From Vicinamibacteria bacterium (lineage in GTDB: Bacteria; Acidobacteriota; Vicinamibacteria; Marinacidobacterales; Marinacidobacteraceae), in assembly GCA_963555995.3 (NCBI GenBank), contig OY821641.1:2240001-2304000 (forward strand): a DNA stretch of 64,000 nucleotides. Direction: 5' to 3'. Both the position numbers and the translations under genes were made by a program. Shown here piece after piece: positions 41,053 through 50,400 of the stretch. Each line of letters begins with the position of its first letter. The stretch's first letter is position 1. Under the pieces are notes generated by a model. It saw only the letters and a program-made list of their open reading frames with translations. It made no database searches and was not told the origin of the DNA.

Positions 41053-41077
41053 TGCCCGCCCATGCTTGGTACGGGCG

Positions 41078-41311
41078 TTAGTCGGACTCCTTCGCCTTCT
41101 TCCAGCGCGCCTCCGCTGCCTGCCGTGCGATCTCTGAGCGGCGCTCCGGGCTCAGTTTCTGGGCCCTTGCCAGCCCGCCCTTCCGGCCACCGAGTCTCCC
41201 GAGGAGTGCCGCTGCTGCTGTCTTGGCTTCCTCGTCCAGAGCCCCGGCCTCCTCAAGATCTCGGATCAGGTCCAGCAACTGTCTGACCCTCTGATCAACC
41301 GGCTCTGACAT
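41078..41311 (-). CDS. Small basic KGG-motif protein
   Basis: AAALLGRLGGRKGGLARAQKLSPERRSEIARQAAEARW. Confidence 0.8.
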   Translation of the reverse strand: MSEPVDQRVRQLLDLIRDLEEAGALDEEAKTAAAALLGRLGGRKGGLARAQKLSPERRSEIARQAAEARWKKAKESD

Positions 41312-41510
41312 GAGAAGCCGAAGGTTCCACAGCAAACGCGGTCATGCTTGCCCGTGTAAGGAGGGTCACCCATGAAGTCACGGATACCCATGTTGCTCGC
41401 CATCGCACGTCCCGCGGCGCGAGCGCGAGGACCGAAAGCTCCAGGAGACCCTCAGAGGACACGTAATCCTCTTGCCTTCGGGAGCGCCTTACGCGGCGGT
41501 CGTACAAAGG

Positions 41511-41540
41511 AAAAGCCCCGGGGCCGGTTGGCCCCGGGGC
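41511..41540 (-). terminator. Intrinsic terminator of the lipoprotein gene
   Basis: Minus strand GCCCCGGGGCC-AACC-GGCCCCGGGGC-TTTT. Confidence 0.8.
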
Positions 41541-41580
41541 TCTGGATCCGCTAGGTGCAGATCACATCATCCTTGCGGAT

Positions 41581-41590
41581 CCGGTCAGGA
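41581..41590 (+). repeat. Left 10-bp inverted repeat CCGGTCAGGA
   Basis: Exact reverse complement of 43418-43427; 6 nt beyond the stop codon. Confidence 0.6.
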
Positions 41591-41596
41591 TCGCTC

Positions 41597-43411
41597 CTAG
41601 CTCACCGTGCACTTGAGGAAATTGGTGACGTTGGCGCTGTTGAGTTCGCCCTCGGCAGAGCCACGGCCCAACCCAATCTCGCCGTCCGCGTCCCAGGTGC
41701 AACTGACCGTGTAATCCCTGGTTACCGAACAGGCGTGGTCAGTACCCTTGAAGTCCACGAAGGTTACGGAGGTCTCGATGTCCACCTCGGCGTCGCAGAG
41801 CGTGCCATCGGTCTTGGTTGTCCCCGTCTTCGCCTTACCGCCATCATCCGCGGAGCACTTCACGTCTGTATTGCTGGCGGTATCGAAGTTATCGGGCGTG
41901 TCATCTCCGCCACTGTTGGTTCCGGCGTGATCCTCAACGCCCAGGTCGCCATACATCGGATCGCCATCGGCATCAACGAGATCAATCCAACCGGCCACTC
42001 CGCCGGTGGCGGACACGTTGATCCTCTTGTTCAGACTCCCCGCAGTCGCTGCGCTGTCATTCGTAGTACCGGAGCCCAAGTTCAACTGCTGGGTGGTGCC
42101 GTCGTGAAGGTTCACAGGGGCCTTCTTCATTGCTTTGGACCCGTCGTGATACCACATGGAGTTGTAGCGGTTTGCCTTGGTCTGAAGTTTGATCGCCAAC
42201 GCTTGGATCACATCGTCGTCATCTTGACTAAAGACCGGCGTCACTGTGATCTTGCTCGGAATCTGGGCGTCCACTTCCGCTTCAAAGAGGTCGCAGACAT
42301 CCACCATGTCGGTCGCCATGTAGGACATGCTGTCGCAAGTGAGATCCTCAAAGGCTTCCCAGGCGATCTCACCCCACATCACACCGGCGCTCTGCGGCGC
42401 CATCGTGACCATGTAGTTGCCGATGTAGTCGCTCGAACTGGCGAGACGGAAACAGCCCTTGGGCTGATCCAGATCGCCCCTGACGGAGTTGTAGTCCGCA
42501 ATGGGCTCGCAGGGGATGATCTTGTTGGCGGCACTACTGGTGGCAGCGGCGGGATCCGCGTCGGCTACCAGCACCGTGGTGCCACCATCGCCGGTGATGA
42601 CGTCGTCCATCGGCAGCGCCGCGTCGCTGCTGCTCTTGGCGATGCCCTTCTTGGTCTTGGAGGTGTAGGTGCCGAAGTCGTGGGTGGCGTCGAACTTCAG
42701 GCTGGAGGTGTACAACCAACCAACGTCGTAGCCGTCGGGCTGCGTGAGCTGATCTGCGACGTCATCATCGGTGCCATTGGCATCTTCGGCATCGTCCCCG
42801 TTGTTGTCCACCATGCCGACTTCGAACATGAGCGTCGGATCCCAGCCCTGGCACGCCGCCGAGTTGGCGATGGAGATCTCCGGCGCCGCCGCACCCTCCG
42901 CGCACTCGAACGGTCCGCAGGTGATCAGCGCCGCGTCCCCGATCGGGAGCGGAACCTGGTTGGCCCCGATCTCCACCGGCTGCACGGCGAAGGTCACGCC
43001 CTTCGTCACGACCAAGCTCTGGAGCGCCTGCCAGTCCACGTACTGGAACGGCATGTTGTCGCCCGGAACCAGCCCGATCGGGCTCGCGGCGTCCATCCAG
43101 GTCGCGGCGATGATGGCCGGCATGTTGACCCCGACCTCCATGTCCTGATTCACCATCGCCATGGCGGTCTCCTCGTCGGTGCCGTCGAGCGCCACCATCG
43201 GGTTCTCGTCCTCCGGGATGTGGAAGTGGACATCGAATGGAGTCGGCTCGGGCTCGGGCTCAGGCTCGGGTTCCGGCTCGGGCTCGGGCTCCGGTTCAGG
43301 AGCCGGCGGTGGCGGTGGCGGCGCCGGTGCGGGCGTGGTGGCCGTGTCGTCGTCGCCACAACCCGAGAGCACGAGACCGGCACCCAGGAACATAGCAAAA
43401 AGGAGAATCAT
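41597..43411 (-). CDS. Acidic, Cys-containing surface lipoprotein with Pro/Glu linker
   Basis: LSGC lipobox, PAPAPPPPPPA(PE)n linker, Asp/Thr-rich loops, AGGA RBS, downstream terminator. Confidence 0.88.
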   Translation of the reverse strand: MILLFAMFLGAGLVLSGCGDDDTATTPAPAPPPPPPAPEPEPEPEPEPEPEPEPEPTPFDVHFHIPEDENPMVALDGTDEETAMAMVNQDMEVGVNMPAIIAATWMDAASPIGLVPGDNMPFQYVDWQALQSLVVTKGVTFAVQPVEIGANQVPLPIGDAALITCGPFECAEGAAAPEISIANSAACQGWDPTLMFEVGMVDNNGDDAEDANGTDDDVADQLTQPDGYDVGWLYTSSLKFDATHDFGTYTSKTKKGIAKSSSDAALPMDDVITGDGGTTVLVADADPAAATSSAANKIIPCEPIADYNSVRGDLDQPKGCFRLASSSDYIGNYMVTMAPQSAGVMWGEIAWEAFEDLTCDSMSYMATDMVDVCDLFEAEVDAQIPSKITVTPVFSQDDDDVIQALAIKLQTKANRYNSMWYHDGSKAMKKAPVNLHDGTTQQLNLGSGTTNDSAATAGSLNKRINVSATGGVAGWIDLVDADGDPMYGDLGVEDHAGTNSGGDDTPDNFDTASNTDVKCSADDGGKAKTGTTKTDGTLCDAEVDIETSVTFVDFKGTDHACSVTRDYTVSCTWDADGEIGLGRGSAEGELNSANVTNFLKCTVS

Positions 43412-43417
43412 GCCGTG

Positions 43418-43427
43418 TCCTGACCGG
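43418..43427 (-). repeat. Right 10-bp inverted repeat (contains the RBS)
   Basis: TCCTGACCGG; 6 nt before the ATG. Confidence 0.6.
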
Positions 43428-43519
43428 TAGGGCCACGAGCGCGCCCGGTGCGCGGCGCGGGGATGAGCGGCAGGCGGAAAGAGTTCTCGAACCCGTCACC
43501 ACGCGTCCCGGAGGCTGAA

Positions 43520-44584
43520 ATGTCCGAACCATCACAGACCCCCAAGCCGGCGCTCCGGCTGAGCCTCGCGCTCGCGGAGATCGCCGGCCGCGCCCGAGCG
43601 CTGCTCGACCGGGTGTCCGGCGAGGATCGGACGGTGGCGGCGGAACCGGCGACGCCGCGGATTCCGACGCTCGCCGAGGCCTTCGACGAGTTCCTGGCCG
43701 CCAACCCGCGGCGGAAGCGCAGCACCGAGGCGACCTACCGCAGCCAGATGCGCTACTGCCTCGGCGACTGGCTCCCGCGGCGGCTCGACACCATCACCCG
43801 CCGGGACGTCGAGGCGCGCTTCCACCGGGTCTCCGAGCGGCACGGGTGGGCGGTCGGAAACCACGCGATCGCGCTGCTGCGGGGGGTGTACCGGCGGCCG
43901 TGCGTGGACCACGAACGCCTTCGCAACCCCGTCGAAATGTGGCTCGCGGGCGGGGGGCGGTACCACCGTCCGGTGCGGCGGCGCATCGCGACGCCGGCCG
44001 AGGTGCTGCCGCGCTGGCGGGAGGGCATCGAGGCCGCGGTCCGCACCCCGGCGACGCGCGACATCTTCTGGTTCGGGATGTTCACCGGGATGCGCCGGGG
44101 GGAGATCCTGGCGCTCCGCTGGGAGTGCGTGGACCTCGAAGGCGGCGTCCTGCGGGTCGAGGAGACGAAGACGGGAGAGCCGCTCGAACTTCCCGTCACC
44201 CGGCAGTTGGCCGCGATCTTCGGGCGGCGGCGGGACGCCGGCCTTCGGGACGGGAGCCCCGGGGACTGGGTGTTTCCGTCGAAGACCAGCGCCTCGGGCC
44301 ACATCGAGGAACTGCAGCATCTCTATCCGCTCATCAGCCGGGCGGCAGGGACGAAGTTCTGGTTCCACGGGCTGCGGAACGCCTTCATCACGGTGGCCGA
44401 GCGCGACCTCGCGCTGCAGCCGTCGGTCACGAAACGCCTCGTCAACCACGCGCGGCCCGGCGACGTTACAGAAAATTACGCAGCCGCCTGGACCGTCCGG
44501 CAGTTGCGGGAACCGGCGCAGCGGATCGCGGACCGGATCGAGGCGCTCGCCGAGAGCGGCGCGGGGGACGGCGCGGACACCTGA
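43520..44584 (+). CDS. Tyrosine recombinase/integrase
   Basis: TGMRRGE (R), TKT (K), HGLR, VNH, ENY (Y); GGAGG RBS before ATG 43520; no obvious arm-binding domain. Confidence 0.92.
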   Translation: MSEPSQTPKPALRLSLALAEIAGRARALLDRVSGEDRTVAAEPATPRIPTLAEAFDEFLAANPRRKRSTEATYRSQMRYCLGDWLPRRLDTITRRDVEARFHRVSERHGWAVGNHAIALLRGVYRRPCVDHERLRNPVEMWLAGGGRYHRPVRRRIATPAEVLPRWREGIEAAVRTPATRDIFWFGMFTGMRRGEILALRWECVDLEGGVLRVEETKTGEPLELPVTRQLAAIFGRRRDAGLRDGSPGDWVFPSKTSASGHIEELQHLYPLISRAAGTKFWFHGLRNAFITVAERDLALQPSVTKRLVNHARPGDVTENYAAAWTVRQLREPAQRIADRIEALAESGAGDGADT

Positions 44585-44628
44585 GGCGAGCGCGCCGGCA
44601 GCCGGTGGCGAATGGCCGCACGACGTCC

Positions 44629-44672
44629 GCCCGCCTTCGGCGGGCTGTGCCGGTCTGAAGACCGGCGCTCCC
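44629..44672 (-). repeat. Single REP plus GAA-loop hairpin
   Basis: CCCGCCTTCGGCGGG followed by GTGCCGGTCTGAAGACCGGCGCTCCC. Confidence 0.8.
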
Positions 44673-44684
44673 AGCCGGTGGCGG

Positions 44685-45404
44685 TTATCGGGCCGGATCA
44701 GCCGCGGGAAAGTGATCGTCGGCCGTCGTTTGGCCCAGATGGAGCGACGCAAACGCCCGCCACGGGTCGCGCCCAACGCCTCCATGCCGGCATTGCAGCA
44801 GCGGGCGACCGTCGAGAACCCGGCGCGGCGATGTCAGAACGGCCTCCATGAGCCGTCCGACGACGGCGCGTTCGCCTTCCGCCAGGCGGCCGGTCGCCCA
44901 GGCGATCGCCTCCGGGTCGTATCGGTAGCCGCACGCGAGATCGTACCCGTCGCGGGCAAGCAGCCTCCTGCCGCCGGCGACCCGCCCGGCGAGCTTCGCG
45001 TGCAGAATCCCGCGCGGCGCGACCAGCGGTACGCCGGTCGCGGCGTCCGCCGCGCCGGATAACAGTTCCTGGCCGGGAACGGACCCCGGCACGATCCCCA
45101 CTCCGCCCGTGTCCGGGTACTCCCACCCGATCAGCCCCCGCGCGAACCGCGGCCGGGGAATCCGGCCATCCTCGTGCAGCCGTCGCAAGGCCGTCAGCAA
45201 GCGCGAGTCTTCGGCGCGCAGGCGCTCGAACGCCGCCGGATCGCAAACGAGGTCAATGTCCGTGCTCAGGCGGTGGGCCCACATCGCCGCCAGCGCGGTC
45301 CCGCCGCCGAGCCGCAGCGTGTCCATCACTTCGGGGGCGGTGTCGCGAAGCAGGGCCGCGGCCCGGGCCAGCGACTCCCCTGGCGTCCCGGCGACGGTTA
45401 CCAC
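44685..45404 (-). CDS. AbiEii/DUF1814-like nucleotidyltransferase toxin
   Basis: LGGGTALA..W.HRLSTDIDL, AKL, RDGYDL; start GTG 45404 or 45443. Confidence 0.82.
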   Translation of the reverse strand: MVTVAGTPGESLARAAALLRDTAPEVMDTLRLGGGTALAAMWAHRLSTDIDLVCDPAAFERLRAEDSRLLTALRRLHEDGRIPRPRFARGLIGWEYPDTGGVGIVPGSVPGQELLSGAADAATGVPLVAPRGILHAKLAGRVAGGRRLLARDGYDLACGYRYDPEAIAWATGRLAEGERAVVGRLMEAVLTSPRRVLDGRPLLQCRHGGVGRDPWRAFASLHLGQTTADDHFPAADPAR

Positions 45405-45823
45405 GGCCGCCCGGTTCCCACTGCCAGGCTTTCGGCCCGCCACTCCGCATCCGTGTCGTCGGGCGTGTCCGGCCAGTCCTCGTCAGGCAGCACCAGGCGC
45501 AGCATGTCAACCAGCGCCACGTTCGGCACGCGGAAGCCCGGGAACACGGGCAGGTGGGCGCCCGTGGACCGCACGAAGTCTCCGACCTGCTTCGGGGTCA
45601 GTTCCCCATGCCAGAGCAGCCCGCCAAACTCAGCGGCATCCATTTCCCAAAGCAGTTCGCGTACGGTTCCCCGCCACTCGGAGTCGGGGCAGCCGCCCGC
45701 CCGTACCCATGCGACGAGGGTGTCGGTCGTCAGGTCGCCCGCCGTGCCCGCGAGCCGCTTGCGAACGGCGAAACCGAGCGCGGCCGCGAGCGCTTCGTCG
45801 TGCGCGTGGGGCTTCGGCTTCAT
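45398..45823 (-). CDS. Hypothetical protein, putative antitoxin partner
   Basis: 141-aa ORF (protein-like tail of ORF 45398..47305) whose stop overlaps the toxin start. Confidence 0.6.
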   Translation of the reverse strand: MKPKPHAHDEALAAALGFAVRKRLAGTAGDLTTDTLVAWVRAGGCPDSEWRGTVRELLWEMDAAEFGGLLWHGELTPKQVGDFVRSTGAHLPVFPGFRVPNVALVDMLRLVLPDEDWPDTPDDTDAEWRAESLAVGTGRPW

Positions 45824-45891
45824 CCGTTGCGGTTGCTCCGGCGGTCGCCTCCATGGTAGCGGGCCAGTCGGCAAACGAAGCGTGGGAGTCT

Positions 45892-45936
45892 CGTCCCCCT
45901 GCGGGGGACGATGCCGGTCTGAAGACCGGCGCTCCC
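45892..45936 (-). repeat. Single REP plus GCA-loop hairpin
   Basis: CGTCCCCCTGCGGGGGACG followed by ATGCCGGTCTGAAGACCGGCGCTCCC. Confidence 0.8.
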
Positions 45937-45948
45937 GGCCAGCGCCGC

Positions 45949-47124
45949 TCAGTGCGGCCGCACCCAGGGCTGTCCGGACCGGAGGAAGGGCGGGTCCACC
46001 AGGGGCGCCTCGAAGGCGGCGGCGATGAAGGCGATGTCCTCCTCCCGGAGCAGGGCCGGGTCCCAGGTGATCGTCACCGCCGTCTGCTCCCCCCGGGACA
46101 TGGCCGCGAAGTAGAGCGGATGCCGTTCGTGGAGACAGGCGATCACCTCCATGCCGGCCACCTCGTTCAGCACCGGCTCCTCCTCGCCCGGCCAGCTCTC
46201 GAGGTGGGTGAACCCCGCGGTCCCGAAGTCCGCCCAGGGCCGGTAGAGCCACCGGCGGAGCAGGGGCGCGGCGGCGGGGAAGAGCGGTGCGGGGACCGGG
46301 ACCGGCGGGAGCGCCCACTCTCCCGTCCGCTTCTCGCGGTACACGATGCGGCGGACGGACCGGCAGCGCTCGAGGAAGGCCCGGTCCGCCACTCCGTCGA
46401 GGGGCTCGCGACGCACCCGGATCCGCGAGACGCCGTTCCCGAAACCCCGCAGGCGCTCCGTACGGATGTTCATCGGCACCCACAGCCCGATGCCGTCCAC
46501 CGAGACGCCCTGCCGCTCGTTCCACCGGGCGAGCGCGTCGAGCGCCGCCGCCAGCAGGCAGTCGTTCCACCGGAACCCCCCGACCGTCTGCGACAGCGAC
46601 GCGAGCGGCTCGCGGGGGACGATGATCGTGCGCCACCGGCGGCTCGCGGAGGGAGGTCCGGGACCGGTCGCGAGCGCGGCCGAGACCCCCGCGCGCAGGT
46701 TCCGGCGGGCGCGCTTCGGCGCCGGCAGCAGTTCCGGCGACGCCATCTGGGGGCGCGGCGGCATGGTTTCGAGACCCCGCGCCAACCGCAGTTGCCGCTG
46801 CACGAAGAGCAGCGTCCCGATCAGGTCCGACGCCGCGTGGTGCACCTGGGTCACGAGGCTCCACGACGGGGGATCGCCGATTCCGAGGAGCATCTGCCGG
46901 AGGGGCGGGCCTTCGCGAAGGGAGAACGGGGTCTCGAGGAACTCCTGGATCCGGAGCGCGCGCTCCCCCTCCGGAAACACCCGGATCACGAGCGCGGGCG
47001 GCGTCCCCGACCGCGTCTCCCACTTCGGAACGTCGAACGGCGGGTGGCGCAGGCGGCTGCCGGCGACCGGGAAGGCGGTTCGGGCCCCCTCCGCCCCCTG
47101 GTAGAGCGGCCCGAAGTCGGTCAC
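45949..47124 (-). CDS. Stand-alone condensation/CoA-acyltransferase-fold protein
   Basis: VHHAASDLIG (HHxxxD), ND.LLAA, VPMNIR, FGN motifs; start uncertain. Confidence 0.7.
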   Translation of the reverse strand: MTDFGPLYQGAEGARTAFPVAGSRLRHPPFDVPKWETRSGTPPALVIRVFPEGERALRIQEFLETPFSLREGPPLRQMLLGIGDPPSWSLVTQVHHAASDLIGTLLFVQRQLRLARGLETMPPRPQMASPELLPAPKRARRNLRAGVSAALATGPGPPSASRRWRTIIVPREPLASLSQTVGGFRWNDCLLAAALDALARWNERQGVSVDGIGLWVPMNIRTERLRGFGNGVSRIRVRREPLDGVADRAFLERCRSVRRIVYREKRTGEWALPPVPVPAPLFPAAAPLLRRWLYRPWADFGTAGFTHLESWPGEEEPVLNEVAGMEVIACLHERHPLYFAAMSRGEQTAVTITWDPALLREEDIAFIAAAFEAPLVDPPFLRSGQPWVRPH

Positions 47125-47493
47125 CGCGTGCGACGACGGACCGAGATCGAGGACGAACGCGTAGTCGAGGGGCCGGGCCGGGGAATCCGCAAAGAGACAC
47201 GCCAGGTCCGGCGCGGCGAGCGGGACGGTTCCGGTCAGACGGCTGGGGACGGCGCTTCTCGCCGGAGGGTGAACGGGATCCGGAGCACGAACGACACGAG
47301 GACAAAGACCGGCGGAACCCCCGTCACGCGTCGCGCGGGGCCCGCCGGGATGGCGGCGGGAAGATAACAGGCCGCGATGGCCGGAGAGTGCGTGAACGGG
47401 TCACGCGGGGCCGGTGGATTCGTCTTGACTCTAGCATTGCGCACCTGCGAGGCCGACAACCGCCGGCCGCCTCATGAAGGAGGGCTCCGACCC

Positions 47494-50400
47494 ATGTTCC
47501 CGACCACCGCCGACACCCACTGGCGCCTTCCCCGCATCCGTCCGGGCCGGACCGCGGTGCTCGTCGCGAGCCTGCTGCTCGCGGCCGCCCCGGGGACCGC
47601 GCAGACGCCGGACGCGGACGCCGGCTCCATCGCCGAGGCCATCGGGGGGCTGAAGCTCCGCGGCATCGGTCCGGCCCTCATGGGCGGGCGCATCGCGGAC
47701 ATCGCGGTGCATCCCGAGCGCCGCTCCACCTGGTACGTGGTCGTCGGCTCCGGGGGACTCTGGAAGACCGAGAACGGCGGCGCCACCTGGAAGCCGATCT
47801 TCGACGAGTACCCGTCCTACTCGCTCGGGACGGTCGCGCTCGACCCGTCGAGCCCGGAGGTGGTCTGGCTGGGCACCGGCGAGAACGTGAGCGGACGCCA
47901 CGTCGGCTGGGGCGACGGGGTGTACCGGAGCCGGAACGGCGGCGCCACCTGGGAGGCGGTGGGGCTCGCGGGTTCCCAGCACATCGGCAGGATCCTGGTG
48001 GACCCCCGCGACGGGGACACGGTCCTGGTGGCGGCGGAGGGGCCGCTGTGGAACGGGGGCGGCGAGCGCGGGGTGTACCGGACCGAGGACGGCGGGGCGA
48101 CCTGGACCCGCACCCTCGACCTCGGCCCCGACACCGGGGTGACCGACCTGGAGTTCGCCCCCGGGGATCCCGACACCGTCTATGCCGCGGCCTACCAGCG
48201 CCGGCGGCACGTCTGGTCGTTCCTGGCGGGCGGTCCGGGCTCCGGGATCCACAAGTCGGAGGACGGAGGCCGGACGTTCCGGAAGATCACGGCCGGCCTG
48301 CCGACGGGGGACGTGGGGAAGATCGGGCTGGCGGTGACTCCGGCGGACCCGCGCCTCGTGTACGCCACCATCGAGGCGGACGAGGAGGAGCGGGGCTTTT
48401 ACCGCTCGCTCGACCGGGGCGAGAGCTGGGAACGGCGGAACCCCTACCTCTCGGGAGGCACCGGGCCGCACTACTACCAGGAGATCGAGGCGTCGCCCAC
48501 CGACCCGGACCTCGTGTACCAGATGGACGTGTTCTTCCACGTGACCCGGGACGGGGGCAAGACGTTCGACTACCTCGGCACCGGCCGCGAGAAGCACAGC
48601 GACAACCACGCGCTCTGGATTGACCCGGACGACCCAGGGCACCTGCTCGGGGGCACCGATGCGGGCCTCTACGAGACGTACGACGAGGGCGTCACCTGGC
48701 GGCACTTCCCGAACCTGCCGGTCTCGCAGTTCTACAAGGTGGCGCTCAGCAACGGCGCGCCGTTCTACGACGTCCTCGGGGGCGCCCAGGACCTCGGCAC
48801 CGTCCACGGGCCTTCCCGGACGCTGAACCTGGAAGGGGTGCGGAACCGCGACTGGTACGTGCCGCTCGGAGCGGACGGCTATGGGGTGGAGATTGATCCG
48901 CGCGACGAGAACGTCCTGTACCTGATGACCCAGCAGGGGAACCTCTACCGCGCCGACCGGCGGAGCGACGAGGTGCTGCACATCGGGCCGGTGGCCGCCC
49001 CCGGCGACCCGCCCGAGCGCTGGAACTGGGACTCCCCCATCTTCATCAGCCCGCACAACCCCGACCGGCTCTATTTCGGGTCGCAGCGGGTGTGGCGGAG
49101 CGAGGACCGCGGCCAGTCGTGGACCGCGGTCAGCGGCGACCTGACCACCGGCCGGAACCGCTACGAACTGCCCTTCTACGACCGGATCTGGAGCGTGGAC
49201 GCGCTCCACGACACGAACGCCATGTCGCGCTACGCCACCCTGACCGGGATGTCCGAATCCCCGGTCGCCGAGGGCGTGCTGTTCGCGGGGAGCGATGACG
49301 GGCTGGTCCACGTGAGCGGCGACGGCGGGGCCAACTGGACCCGCGCGGCGGCGCTTCCGGGCCTTCCGGCGCTGTCCTTCTTCAACGACATCGAGGCCTC
49401 CCAGCACGACGCGGACACCGTGTTCGTGGTGGCGGACAACCACAAGATGGGGGACTTCCGCACCTACCTCTTCCGGAGCCGGGACCGGGGCGCGTCGTGG
49501 GAGTCCATCGCCGGCGACCTGCCCGACGGCACCATCGTCTGGGCCATCCAGCAGGACCACGAGGACCCCGACCTGCTCTTCCTGGGGGCCGAGTACGGGA
49601 TGCACGTCTCGTGGAACGGCGGGACGAACTGGGTGAAGCTGGAGGGCGCCCCGACGATCTCGTTCCGCGACCTGAAGGTGCAGCGGCGGGACGACGACCT
49701 GGTGGGGGCGACCTTCGGGCGCGGGTTCTACGTGCTGGACGACTACGCGCCGCTCCGCGGGATGGCGGACGCGGTGGGCGCCGGCGAGTCGGTGCTCTTC
49801 CCGCTGCGCGACGCGTGGTGGTACGTCCCGTCGGTCCCGGCGCAGGCGCCCGGCCGCCCGACGCAGGGCAGCACCGCCTTCGTGGCGGACAACCCGCCGT
49901 TCGGCGCGGTGTTCACCTACTACCTCGCCGAGGACCTGAAGACGGCGCGGGAGGAGCGGCGCGAGAGCGAGAAGGAGACCCGCGAGGAGGGCGGCGACGT
50001 CGCCTTCCCCGGCTTCGACACCCTGCGGATCGAGGAGCTCGAGGCGGACCCGGCGGTGTTCGTGGTGATCCGGGACGCGGACGGCGAGCCGGTGCGCCGG
50101 ATCGCCGGGCCGGCGGCGAAGGGCGTCCACCGGGTGGCGTGGGACCTCCGCGGCCCGGCGCCGAACCCGGTGAACCTGACGACGCCGGGGTTCTCGCCGC
50201 CGTGGGTGCGGCCCCCGCAGGGACCGCTGGCGGCGCCCGGGGAATACCAGGCGCAGCTCGTGGCGGTGACCCGCGACGGGGCGCGGAGCCTGGGCGAGCC
50301 GCAGCGGTTCGGGGTGAAGCCGGTGCCGAACCTGCCCGAGGGGGTGGACCCGGCGGCGGTGGCGGCCTTCCAGGCGGAGACCGCGGCGCTCCTCCGGCAG

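Noticed and set aside
41597-43411. Diversity-generating retroelement target
   Set aside because: No reverse transcriptase or template-repeat/variable-repeat pair in the window.
43486-43500. Minus-strand GGTGACGGGTTCGAG resembling a tRNA T-arm/att remnant near the integrase
   Set aside because: The 3' side of the T-stem and the acceptor strand are absent, and there is no matching second att copy; too weak to call.
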